A DNA stretch of 64,000 nt. It comes from Colwellia polaris. GTDB taxonomy: Archaea > Nanohalarchaeota > Nanosalinia > Nanosalinales > Nanosalinaceae. Numbering within the stretch: position 1 is the first letter of the stretch; every line of letters starts with the position of its first letter. The notes under the pieces were generated by a model. It saw nothing but the letters and a program-made list of their open reading frames with translations, was not told where the DNA came from and made no database searches. Location of the stretch: positions 32,001 through 96,000 of the forward strand of contig JBLGBK010000001.1 of NCBI GenBank assembly GCA_047617785.1, read 5' to 3'. Position numbers and translations under genes: made by a program. Shown here one piece after another: positions 29,001 to 38,226 of this stretch.

Positions 29001-29832
29001 CGGCGAAACAGTCAGAGTACAAGGATTTGTCGATGGTATCAGAGGTTCAGCTGAAGTAAAAATTGAATCTAACGGAAACACTATTGCAAGAACCAGCACA
29101 GACAGATCCGGTTACTACTCAACCTACACTAGGTTCAACAGTCCTGGAACAAAGAATATTGAGGTAAGTTCAGGGGGGCTTACACGTTCAAGAACTGTTG
29201 AAGTACTTGCAACCGCAAACGTTGGAGGGATTTACTCTCCAAGACAGGTTTTCGAATCAGAAGAGTTCGAGATATGTGCAGACGTAAGTTCACAGGTTCA
29301 GGCAGATGTAGTACTGCTCAGAAACGGAGAAGTAATCGAATCAAAGAAAGGTAACGGTCGCGTATGCTTCACTACAGAAGCAGGTGAACCGGGAACAGCG
29401 ATTTACGAAATTAGAGCTCTAACAAGCGGAACAGGAGGAAGCTCAACTAAAAGCATCGAAGTGCTTGAGCAAGGTAACGAGGTCGAAAGCTTCCCTGATC
29501 AGTTAGCATCTGTTGAATCCGGAGGGAGTATAGCACGTGTTGAACTCTACAACACAAATGATGATCTGAGAACTTACGATTTAAGTCTTTCAGGTATCGA
29601 TGAGAGATGGTATTCGCAATCAGACGATACGGTGAAGTTGAGCAGTGGTGAGAGAGATACTGTTTACTTCTATCTGACACCACGAGCAGAGGGAGAGTAC
29701 CGGCCAACTCTGAGAGTAGATTCGAATGGAGAGACAATCTACGACAATGAGATAATCCTTGAAGCAGAAGGAACAGATAGACCGCAGAGGGTAGGACTTG
29801 TTCAAAGGATTATTCGTTTCTTTACTTGGTAA
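26011..29832 (+). CDS. Large Ig-like multidomain surface protein (carboxypeptidase-regulatory-like, PKD, CARDB-like)
   Basis: Sec signal; repeated G.Y.ITASK.GY; PKD motif WNWDFDDG..VTHTF. Confidence 0.85.
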   Translation: MKKQILTILTALLFVSSATAAQLTVYLEDSGGSPVEQGTITVEGINNNFYETKDTGDDSYSSFFDLPAGEKYQISAETDTLSGSTESVVNDGDGVTLTLTDDGSGGGDPGNEGDVFSITEVTASNFEPEKGEETELRANIQNNWDTQEETTVQWYAVGNGEEINLGSRGKDIQGGETETLRRSISWQQLKDKGLEVGNKYDLKATAADNTGEIIDERTGDTAYIELQPYELADLKVYVDDENGNTVNDPKVIVSSATFSKTIDNQNNPEFENLEPGSYGIDVEKSGYQTVERTVELESGQNEERFTLESTDSNNPVEISEYGADYRGSGKVRFNLKLNQDVDNDYSCRVSENNQITERDTQENNGGIMEKVSGSNKRFRVDLYFEEGDYTRYLGCMNENGEQITDAKKVEFSVDLDDDISVSPNYPINNDEVENPVEFSWNVDNSQNIDLEYDLEITDDNGDTVETVDGIDETTHTLDNDLKTGDYEWSVDAIDNNGDVRDSSSKASFKVVDDSEYELEADFDYSPSSPEEGEAVEFESTSSGDIEEWNWDFDDGNVDEGETVTHTFDDEGEYLVELEVDDGENTDTETKLVEVGQQAGACNIDVGDLHVDPEKIPTGAESEVSVTVENNGQEQDIVVTFEVNSDEHSVEEDTLESGETEEYSITISPEDDVGLRAIVETDGSGDNPCSYYRWDRTDYLPVYQAGTNNDATFNFNVEDDDGDELENVRIRGENGETFTRYTDDDGEASADVERGTYEITASKPGYESETKTRTIDSGETKTVDFTLDRKEDAEDIGELSILTEDLDEEPIEDVQITAENGDDETEYTDENGRAFFYLEEGDYTVTAEKDGYHTQTRDVEIEAGERTPVLFKMTDEDEDSVRITNLDYSDTVCRGDTLEVTVSIANSRDSDELVTFRGEGLGSDSKRSVVTKKGETITRIMRFTNVQGSGNQDFTISIDNSVHDLQTGTVEVERCGFEEPDQEATGLTAEVSPRTVQVGETVRVQGFVDGIRGSAEVKIESNGNTIARTSTDRSGYYSTYTRFNSPGTKNIEVSSGGLTRSRTVEVLATANVGGIYSPRQVFESEEFEICADVSSQVQADVVLLRNGEVIESKKGNGRVCFTTEAGEPGTAIYEIRALTSGTGGSSTKSIEVLEQGNEVESFPDQLASVESGGSIARVELYNTNDDLRTYDLSLSGIDERWYSQSDDTVKLSSGERDTVYFYLTPRAEGEYRPTLRVDSNGETIYDNEIILEAEGTDRPQRVGLVQRIIRFFTW

Positions 29833-29835
29833 AAT

Positions 29836-29860
29836 CATCGCTGGTTTTGAGCCAGCGGTG
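29836..29860 (+). terminator. Stem-loop after surface protein gene
   Basis: CATCGCTGGTT-TTG-AGCCAGCGGTG, 11-bp stem with GU pairs, followed by a T tract. Confidence 0.5.
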
Positions 29861-29920
29861 GTTAAATTTTTTCACTACTACAAATTGATATAAAAGATTT
29901 ACTCGATGTGTTATTAACAC

Positions 29921-31678
29921 GTGACAATTATGAACTCGAAAAGTTCCAAACTTGGAATACTATTCGCACTATTAACTCTTACAACAACAATGGCTGCAGC
30001 CAGTCCAGCCGAAATGTACATATTCCCTGGCGAATCTGACGTCAGAATTGATTCATTTACAGAATACGAGGTAGAACTTGAGAACACAGGAACCACAGAG
30101 GACGTTTACAGCATTTCATCATCTAGCTCCGAAGTCACAGTTGAACCTTCGAGAGCACCTACCGAAGGCACGTTAGCTCCGGGCGAAAGCACAACACTTA
30201 ACGTCTGGTACAATCCAGACACTGACAGAGAAGCCGGAGAGCATTCTTTCACTATTGAGGCCAAGTCACGTGCCTCAGGCGAGACATATACCGTACAAGG
30301 CATAGCAAACGTAATTAGAGGTCACGACGTAGCAATTACTGGCTCTGCAAGCAAGGTCGCTTGCCTCGGAGAAAAGGCTCAATACCAGTTCACAGTAGAG
30401 AACCGTGGAATGCAGCCTGAAGAATTCCAGCTAACAACAGAAAGAGGAGAGATCTCTCAGAGCAGAGTAAACCTTCAGGAAGGAGAATCGAGAACAGTCA
30501 TAGTGACAACTTCTTCAAAAAGCGAAGTCGACACAAACTTCAACGTAATAGCTGCATCAACAACCAGTTATGCACAGAGCATAAAGACTGTTAACTTCCA
30601 GGCAGAGACCTGCTACAATTCTGAAGTTAGCGTAACACCTCAGAACCGAGAGACAGCTGCTTACACAGAAGCAGAGTATGATGTAACAGTTAGAAACCTT
30701 GGAACAAAAGCAGACACATTCACACTTTCAGCTTCCAACGGCGACTTCAGCAGCAACCAGATAGAAGTCGGTGCAGAAAGCACGGAGACAACCACGCTCA
30801 GATACACACCAACAGAACTCGGATCACAGAGCATCAAAATAACTGCAGAAGGACTTTCAACAAGCAGTCAGACAGTACAGCTTGAAGCTTACAACGGAAT
30901 GGAAGTAGACACTTCCTTCAGTCAGAGCAGCTACACAGTCTGCGAGAATGAAGAAACAACTGCAGAAGCACAAGTTACAAACACAGGAGAGGCAACAGAC
31001 ACATTTACTCTATCAACAAACAAAGGTGCACTTCAGACAGAAGAAGTCGAACTAGCACCAGAAGAAACAGAAACAGTAGAAATTGACTTCAGCGGAAACA
31101 ACTATGAAGAAGGAAGCAGCACAACTGTAAACCTAGAAGCAGTTTCACAGACATTTGAAGAAACAAGCAGCACCTCAGAAACATCTCTCAACGTAGAGAA
31201 CTGCTGGGATCTAAAGATGAACGTTGTACCAACAGTACTGAGCGCAGGAGAGAACCGAAGCGCAGTATTCGAAGTCAAGCTGGAGAACACAGGTACAAAA
31301 GAGAACACCTACGCATTAGATCACGAAGGACCTGACTGGGTATCAGTAAGACCTGAAGAAGTAACAGTAGCAGCAGGAAAGACTGGAACAGCATATATCT
31401 ACGCAGGAATCCCTTACGAGAAGAAAGGACAGGTTCAGATCACAGCGGAAGCAGTAGGAACAAACGTCACAGAATCAGAAGACGTAACACTTGTAGTAGG
31501 TAAAGAAGTAGAAGATGCAATCCGGAACGGAGAAAACAAAGTAACAGGCTCGTTCACACAGAACCTCTCTGACACGGTCAAAAAACTTGGAAACTCCAGC
31601 TCACTGGTCAAACTGCTCGGAGCAATCCTAGCAGGGCTACTTCTCACAGGAATCATCCTTTACCGGGAAACCCGGTAA
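29921..31678 (+). CDS. Ig-like repeat (NEW3/CARDB-like) surface protein with C-terminal anchor
   Basis: Five repeats of (V/L).N.G...(D/E/N).(F/Y).(L/I); Sec signal; C-terminal TM + basic tail. Confidence 0.85.
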   Translation: MTIMNSKSSKLGILFALLTLTTTMAAASPAEMYIFPGESDVRIDSFTEYEVELENTGTTEDVYSISSSSSEVTVEPSRAPTEGTLAPGESTTLNVWYNPDTDREAGEHSFTIEAKSRASGETYTVQGIANVIRGHDVAITGSASKVACLGEKAQYQFTVENRGMQPEEFQLTTERGEISQSRVNLQEGESRTVIVTTSSKSEVDTNFNVIAASTTSYAQSIKTVNFQAETCYNSEVSVTPQNRETAAYTEAEYDVTVRNLGTKADTFTLSASNGDFSSNQIEVGAESTETTTLRYTPTELGSQSIKITAEGLSTSSQTVQLEAYNGMEVDTSFSQSSYTVCENEETTAEAQVTNTGEATDTFTLSTNKGALQTEEVELAPEETETVEIDFSGNNYEEGSSTTVNLEAVSQTFEETSSTSETSLNVENCWDLKMNVVPTVLSAGENRSAVFEVKLENTGTKENTYALDHEGPDWVSVRPEEVTVAAGKTGTAYIYAGIPYEKKGQVQITAEAVGTNVTESEDVTLVVGKEVEDAIRNGENKVTGSFTQNLSDTVKKLGNSSSLVKLLGAILAGLLLTGIILYRETR

Positions 31679-31953
31679 TCAATTTTTCTTTCTACATTCT
31701 CTTTATCTTCTTTCCTTATCACTAAACTATCAACTAGGCAAGACTAGAACTAGGTAAAGACACTTAGTCCTTAGAACCAACTCTTTGAAGTATAGAGAAC
31801 CTATATAGAAATAGAAGAGTCCTCTGAAGATGTGGATGCCTCTAAGGGAAAATAGCTTATTGTTCACAAACAACAATAGACTGTTAGATACATCAAGAAG
31901 ATCTAGTTTATCTAAAATACCTAGGATAAAAGAAGAAAAAAGAAAAGTCCTGA

Positions 31954-32883
31954 TTATCGTGGTTGTACCTCGACCACTAGACTATCACTAATGTAGTATC
32001 CATAATCTGCAGTGATTGAAAGAGGCACATCCTGACGGATTGAGAAAGATTCTCTGTTAGGCAAGGTCATAGGGAAGCAATGACTTCCTCTTGAACCTGT
32101 TAAAGGTACGTCTACTTCTTTTTCTTCTCCCATCTCAGCATCTTCTCCCGTAAATGAAACACCTGCAGTGTTCTGTACTGTCAAGGTTATTTCGTCTCTT
32201 TCTCCTGATGGATCAATCTCTTCAGAGTCGTCCATTGCAGAAGGATCAAAGGGTGTTCCATTACCTTCATTTCTAACCGTTACACATAGATCGGATTCTG
32301 GATCTTCTGAGTCCTCAAAGTATCTTACAGGGCTTCTAGTACTGACTTCAAGTTGTATAGGTCCAGCAGTATTGCTTGTCGATGGACGTGAAACCGAACT
32401 CTGTTCTTGAAGGAATTCATCCTCGTGAACAAGCTGAATCTGAGTGGTTGCCTGCGTTTGATATCCATAGTAGACACGTGCCTGGAAATTGTAATCTACA
32501 GGCTGACTCTGAACAGATGGCGCTTCAAGGCTCCACCGCTGCTGACGTGTCTGAGCAGGTATATTGCTGCTTTCATCAGCAGCTCTAACCTGTCCGATAA
32601 TCTCTTCTTCGCTGCCACTGGTTAAAGTGAATGAGCCAGAACCATCTCCAATAGGTGCATTATAAAGCCTAACCGCGGAGTTTTCAACGTTCATACCCCC
32701 ATTATTAGTGACACTTAGAAGTATAGAAGCACTCTGTTCACTGAAAGTACTGGAGGGTGTAGCTGTGAAGTTAGTTATATCCAGACCCCGAGTAGAGCTA
32801 GTTTCTTCGTTACTGGTATCTGTACAACCAGCTATTATTATCGTCACCGCTATAATTGCAAGAATTGTTTTGTTAGTTTCCAT
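31954..32883 (-). CDS. Putative lipoprotein, beta-sandwich family
   Basis: Lipobox IAGC; paralog of two upstream genes. Confidence 0.75.
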   Translation of the reverse strand: METNKTILAIIAVTIIIAGCTDTSNEETSSTRGLDITNFTATPSSTFSEQSASILLSVTNNGGMNVENSAVRLYNAPIGDGSGSFTLTSGSEEEIIGQVRAADESSNIPAQTRQQRWSLEAPSVQSQPVDYNFQARVYYGYQTQATTQIQLVHEDEFLQEQSSVSRPSTSNTAGPIQLEVSTRSPVRYFEDSEDPESDLCVTVRNEGNGTPFDPSAMDDSEEIDPSGERDEITLTVQNTAGVSFTGEDAEMGEEKEVDVPLTGSRGSHCFPMTLPNRESFSIRQDVPLSITADYGYYISDSLVVEVQPR

Positions 32884-32885
32884 GG

Positions 32886-33719
32886 TTATCGAACTAAGGT
32901 TACACCGAGGTTTTGTTGTTTCTGGTATTTATAGCCTGCGGAGACGAATAAATTCCGGGTAGCAGGAGATGAGACATCAAATGAGCAGGTATCAGTAAAT
33001 TCTGAACCTATCCTACCTGAAACATCATCCGTAGGACAGTCTTCTCCTACTATATTAGGCTGATAGCTAATATCATATTCCTGGTTGTTAACTACTCGTC
33101 CCGGCCCATTGTTCGAAAGAGCTATTTCCAAGCGGTTCCTTGTGGAATCCAGAGGCGAAGGATTATCAGTTCTTATTGTCATTTGTACTTCATTATTGGA
33201 GAATTTTCTCTCCACAGGATTTGAATCAGTTATTTGATCTCTATTTTTGAACCGTACCTGAAGAGCCTCCTGGTTCTGGATCTGAGAGTCATATGTTACG
33301 ATAACACTAAAGGATAATGGCTTCTCATCGAAAGAACCCATAGTTGAACGACTAGGTGCCTCTATTGCCCAAGTGCACTCCATTTGATCGACAATTTCTT
33401 CTTGAACTGCAGCCAAGCTTTCCTGATTGCATGGTTGCTCTTTCCCCTCTGCCTTAAGTTGCCCTAGATTGTCAAGCTCGATCTCAGGATCGACTTCCAC
33501 AGAGTGGTGATTAGTTAACTGCAGTGTAACTTCTGTTCTCTGTCCTCTTTGGCCATCACCGACTCTTAAGGTCTCATCAGCAACTGAAAGTTCGGTTACT
33601 TCGAGTCCTGCACCCGGATCAGGTTCTACACCTTCAGGAGAACTATCAGTTTGAACAAGATCAGCACAACCTGAAGCAAATACTACAGTGGCTATAAGAG
33701 CTATTATCTTTTTATCCAC
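32886..33719 (-). CDS. Putative lipoprotein, beta-sandwich family
   Basis: Lipobox ASGC. Confidence 0.75.
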   Translation of the reverse strand: MDKKIIALIATVVFASGCADLVQTDSSPEGVEPDPGAGLEVTELSVADETLRVGDGQRGQRTEVTLQLTNHHSVEVDPEIELDNLGQLKAEGKEQPCNQESLAAVQEEIVDQMECTWAIEAPSRSTMGSFDEKPLSFSVIVTYDSQIQNQEALQVRFKNRDQITDSNPVERKFSNNEVQMTIRTDNPSPLDSTRNRLEIALSNNGPGRVVNNQEYDISYQPNIVGEDCPTDDVSGRIGSEFTDTCSFDVSSPATRNLFVSAGYKYQKQQNLGVTLVR

Positions 33720-34611
33720 GATATTGCACCGTTATATGATCTTTCGAAACGGTTTTGGTAAAAGTATAATCAGCAGCAACCTGTATCTCGCCCTGACTAC
33801 TTGACTCAACATCCGGGATATTCAAGTCACAGGTAATAGTCGTTGAAGATTCTCCTGATACCCTAATATTATCAGGAGTGTTACATCCATCCTCAGGAAT
33901 ACTGAAATCATCTCCTAGAGCTCTAATCTCAGGATTCTCAATCTCTATAAGTCCGACGCCGTCACCTTCCTCAACATCGTTATTGATGAAGCGTATTCTC
34001 ACCTGCACATTATCCTGCGACAAAAAGATGGGGGAACCGTGTTCAGAACTGCTTCCAATCATCTGAATATGGATATCCATAGGTCCACTGGATGATGCAG
34101 AAGCTAAATTCTCAAGATCTGAAACATCTCTATCTTCCTTAACTTGAAACTGCTGGTATGATTCAACACTGTAATCAAAAGGTATCTGGAAAGCCATATC
34201 TATCTGTTGATCGGCATAAAACCTTACCCGGCTTTCATCAAACTGATGTAAATCCCAGCTCATTGAAAGACTGTCATCAGGCCTCAAATGATATTCTTTT
34301 TTAGTTTTAGAGATATTAGAGCTTGAAGCTGAGAAATCTTCAATTTTCAAGAGATCCGGCGTGTAGCTCTTGAGTATATTAGTCCCCTGATCGCCTACAT
34401 TTATCTCGGCTTTAGTGTTGCCAGTATTTGTAATCTGAAGCACTGCTGAAACATCAGATCCTGCATATATCTGCTGCGGAGTTACTTCAAAACGGTCTAC
34501 TGATATTGCATCGCCAGAAGATTGATCACTGGTTTCGCCACCTATAATCGAGCAACCTGAAACAGTTATTGTTATCGCTAGTATTAGCAAAATTACTTTA
34601 CTCTTCCGCAT
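33712..34611 (-). CDS. Putative lipoprotein, beta-sandwich family
   Basis: Lipobox VSGC. Confidence 0.75.
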   Translation of the reverse strand: MRKSKVILLILAITITVSGCSIIGGETSDQSSGDAISVDRFEVTPQQIYAGSDVSAVLQITNTGNTKAEINVGDQGTNILKSYTPDLLKIEDFSASSSNISKTKKEYHLRPDDSLSMSWDLHQFDESRVRFYADQQIDMAFQIPFDYSVESYQQFQVKEDRDVSDLENLASASSSGPMDIHIQMIGSSSEHGSPIFLSQDNVQVRIRFINNDVEEGDGVGLIEIENPEIRALGDDFSIPEDGCNTPDNIRVSGESSTTITCDLNIPDVESSSQGEIQVAADYTFTKTVSKDHITVQYRG

Positions 34612-34624
34612 ATAATAGTGTCTT

Positions 34625-35422
34625 ATGCTCGGCTGGATTAAAAGCTTTCTTTACAAGTACTATTGGCTGCCTATTATAGACGAGTCAGTATACTACAACC
34701 CTGTTAACACTATAACATACGCTCTGCTTTTCGGGGTTATAGCAGTATATTTTCTACCGTGGTTTATTGACAGACTTAACCTCAAGTTCGATAAGGAGCT
34801 TACAGTTGCACTCACTCCGTATATATTCCTAAGCGGAGCAGTACGCAGCCTAAAAGACGGCGCCTATTTAGATACAATTTTGTTAGAGACTCCAATAATC
34901 TACATAGTCATGATTGGATTCACGCTAACAACACTTTTCATATCAAGAAAAATAGAAGAAAGAATAAAGTATAGCTACAGCAATATCACCGCTCTAACCG
35001 GTATTTCAAGCCTAATTGTGATTCTGTCCCTATTCGATTATACTCTGTTAGAAGGTCTTTCGTGGTTCCTCATAACCGCATCTATGAGCCTAGCGGCAAT
35101 CTACGGCATTCTTAGATTGCTTGGCGCAGATATCACAAGTATTACATCTGTAGGTCCAATATTCGCTCATTTCTGGGATGCTTCTAGCACATACGTAGTA
35201 CTAAGTTACGGGGGCGTAGAAAAACATGTGCTAGCCGATCTATTCATAGAATTGCTAGGGCCAAAAGGTATTTTCCTAATGAAAGGCTTAGTTATTTTCC
35301 CTGCGGTACTGTATATAAACAAAGAATTTGAAGAAGAGGAAAGAAACTACTATCTTTTCATCATCGCAATGCTTGGATTTGCGCTCGGAACTAGAAACAT
35401 TCTATCTCTCATAACAGGCTAA
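34625..35422 (+). CDS. DUF63 family membrane protein (Ali-like candidate lipoprotein biogenesis enzyme)
   Basis: YNPVNTITYA, ALTPY, AHFWDASST, EKHVL, LGFALGTRN motifs. Confidence 0.8.
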   Translation: MLGWIKSFLYKYYWLPIIDESVYYNPVNTITYALLFGVIAVYFLPWFIDRLNLKFDKELTVALTPYIFLSGAVRSLKDGAYLDTILLETPIIYIVMIGFTLTTLFISRKIEERIKYSYSNITALTGISSLIVILSLFDYTLLEGLSWFLITASMSLAAIYGILRLLGADITSITSVGPIFAHFWDASSTYVVLSYGGVEKHVLADLFIELLGPKGIFLMKGLVIFPAVLYINKEFEEEERNYYLFIIAMLGFALGTRNILSLITG

Positions 35423-38226
35423 TAGTCCTCGTAGCAGACAAATTCGCCTTCTCTTATAGCGAAGACAGAGTTACAATCTTCTTTAACCTCCTTATATCTT
35501 TCTTTAGCAGAATCTATACCTAGTGCAGATCCCCATCTCTCTAGAAGACCTACAGAAGGCTCGCAGTTATCACTGACATTTCTAACTCGGACATAAAGTA
35601 TTTCCTCAGCTATATTTCTTTCAGCCCATATAGTACCGAATTCCTTCAGTAGTCCATCCCCGACGTTGCTTTCTTCCTTACACAATATTGTATCATCTAT
35701 ATTTTCGACTTCTACGTCTCTCTCTTCCCCTTCTCTATTTCTAACCGCAACAATCATCTGTTGCCGTTTCTCATCCTCATCGATCCGGCCTGCGATTTGT
35801 TTCCAGTCATCCTTAGAAAGCCCTATAACTGGTCGATCCGAATTATCAGTGGGGAAGAATTTCGCATCGCTGCTTTCATCGTGTACATCCTCTTTATTCC
35901 ATATATAGGCTGTCTCTCCTCTACCAATAATCTCATAATTGAAATTAAGATCGTTTTCTGAAGGATTTTCCCACCCATTTAGATCTCCGGAAACTTTTCT
36001 TACATCACAGCCCCCCGAGGCATCTGCTCTCTTAGAAGGCTCACAAGTACTTAAGAAGTTTTCAGAATCAGAAAGGTCTTGCCTGTCCTGTTCAGCAATC
36101 AAGAAAGGACAATTTCTGCCCGAACATAGAGTGTTCCAAGTTTGGAAGTCATAAGTTTCATCTTCCTTAATAACAGTATAATCTGCATTAACATCCATTA
36201 TCAGAGTCTCTCCCGAGCTACTTATCTCTTCAGGGTTCTCTAACTGAAGCGGACACTCCATAACGCTAGGACTGCGCGACATATCATACCAAAGACCATT
36301 AAGCTTTGATTCTCTTTTTATCTGTTCTCTAGCATCTTTTTCTAGCTTATAAGTGGTGAGAGCTTGATCCTCCGTACCTTCAACAGGTGTGAAATCACAT
36401 CTCGAGGTATCTGCTATCTCTGTAGCAGTAGAGGGAGTGAATCTTATACTATTTGCTTCAACCCTATACTTGATATCTGTCCTATCTGTTTCTAAACCAA
36501 CCTGGACATCAAAGGCACGCGGCTCACGCCCGCCATCGCCATATTCGTCAAATAGAACCGGCGCATAGGCATTTATATAGCTCTTAACAGGAGTATCAGC
36601 TGTTTCTGATTCTTTAAACTCTCTATCAATCTCTTTTTCATCTAAATTATCATAAGACATCGCTCGAACGTTCAAATTAGATTGTGAGCCATAATCATAA
36701 CGTACTTGCACTTCAGCCTCTCTGGCTAATTTAATTTGGCCAGGCTGTAGAAGATTACAATTTCTAAGAGTTAATTCTTCCCTAACTGCATCGCTGCTCC
36801 TGAAAGCCCAACTATCACCAGGCAAAATAGTATCAGGCTCTCTGTCATTACCATTATACAATTCTATAGGCATAAATCCGGTACCGCATAAAGTACGGCC
36901 ATCCTGGTCCTTTACACTCAGATTATACTCCACATTATTAGCTTCTATACCCTTCAATCCGTATCTCGGATTTTGTAGAGCAAATGAAACACTTAACGGC
37001 TGATCCGGACTCTTATAGGCCACATCTATAGTCTGACCATTAGCAACTTCAAAGCCATCGACAGTTAGATCATATTCTTGACCTACAGATTCTGAACTAG
37101 GTCTTTGAGTATTATTCATCTGCCATTCACTGAAGCACGCAGGCCCTTTAAAGAAACACTGCGCTTTTGCAATAGGGCCTTGCACCATCATAACCAAAGG
37201 TTCGGTATCAATTTCTGGCATATAAGGCGCTAGTAGTTGGCTTCCGTAGTTACCATAATCTATACCGAATCCGAACACATCACCAAATATGCCAGATAGT
37301 AGAGGCAAGTAAGCATAGAAAATTCCTCCTGCAATAGCCATAACCGCTACAAACTGAACTACAAATATAACAAGCCCTAAAAGAAGAGCTGCCAAAACAG
37401 CCACTATTGCCTCTGAACCCCCTGCCGCAGCCACACCGGCTTTTGCAGCTTTACCGGCCTTACCGGCTTTTGCAGCTTTACCAGCGTTACCGGCTCTTTT
37501 ACCAGCTGTTTTAGCTGCAGATTCAGAACTCATAAAAGGAATACTTCCTTTAAGTTTTGAAGCTGCAGAAGTCATGTTCTTCGGTATCCACGGCTTCTTA
37601 GATGCTTTTTCAGCGGCTTCCGCGGCGTCATATGCTGCCTCGCCTGCACCATACATATCTCTTACACCTTCTCTTGCAGCATTTCCAGCATTTCTTGCAG
37701 CATTCCCTGCCCCTGCAGTATACATAGGATCTAAAGCATTCTGTTTGCCTCCACCAGAACTCTTAAGATCTTTTGAATAGAATTTATCTGTTAAAGCCGC
37801 TAGTAATATAGTTATAAAGGAAGCTAGACCTATTATAATACCAAAGTTGGTTAGATTAGATGCAAGTGTATCGATAGATAGATTTTGAATTGATAGTGGA
37901 TAGAAACTGAACACTAATCCGCTTAAAAGAACCATTACTATACCTGCCTTTTTAGGCATGTTATGAAGTACCTCAGCCCCGTTATGAATCCCTCCTAGGA
38001 ATCTTTCAGCATAATGAGCGCCAATAAAGCCAGGTTTTATTATTAGCCAGTATATAGGCAATTGGATAAATACCGAGGCAATTAGGTATATAGTCCAGAA
38101 GTCAACCTTGATACACATTTCAATATACTTCCATAAGAACTTGATGATATAGTATGCCCACATAAGCTGGCCTATTATAGGAACAAAAGATAGGCCAATT
38201 ATCAAAATTACTTTAAGCCAGCCCAC
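35419..38226 (-). CDS. Large membrane-anchored surface protein
   Basis: N-terminal TMs, AGKAAKAG repeats, Cys-rich ectodomain sharing motifs with the lipoproteins. Confidence 0.75.
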   Translation of the reverse strand: MGWLKVILIIGLSFVPIIGQLMWAYYIIKFLWKYIEMCIKVDFWTIYLIASVFIQLPIYWLIIKPGFIGAHYAERFLGGIHNGAEVLHNMPKKAGIVMVLLSGLVFSFYPLSIQNLSIDTLASNLTNFGIIIGLASFITILLAALTDKFYSKDLKSSGGGKQNALDPMYTAGAGNAARNAGNAAREGVRDMYGAGEAAYDAAEAAEKASKKPWIPKNMTSAASKLKGSIPFMSSESAAKTAGKRAGNAGKAAKAGKAGKAAKAGVAAAGGSEAIVAVLAALLLGLVIFVVQFVAVMAIAGGIFYAYLPLLSGIFGDVFGFGIDYGNYGSQLLAPYMPEIDTEPLVMMVQGPIAKAQCFFKGPACFSEWQMNNTQRPSSESVGQEYDLTVDGFEVANGQTIDVAYKSPDQPLSVSFALQNPRYGLKGIEANNVEYNLSVKDQDGRTLCGTGFMPIELYNGNDREPDTILPGDSWAFRSSDAVREELTLRNCNLLQPGQIKLAREAEVQVRYDYGSQSNLNVRAMSYDNLDEKEIDREFKESETADTPVKSYINAYAPVLFDEYGDGGREPRAFDVQVGLETDRTDIKYRVEANSIRFTPSTATEIADTSRCDFTPVEGTEDQALTTYKLEKDAREQIKRESKLNGLWYDMSRSPSVMECPLQLENPEEISSSGETLIMDVNADYTVIKEDETYDFQTWNTLCSGRNCPFLIAEQDRQDLSDSENFLSTCEPSKRADASGGCDVRKVSGDLNGWENPSENDLNFNYEIIGRGETAYIWNKEDVHDESSDAKFFPTDNSDRPVIGLSKDDWKQIAGRIDEDEKRQQMIVAVRNREGEERDVEVENIDDTILCKEESNVGDGLLKEFGTIWAERNIAEEILYVRVRNVSDNCEPSVGLLERWGSALGIDSAKERYKEVKEDCNSVFAIREGEFVCYEDY

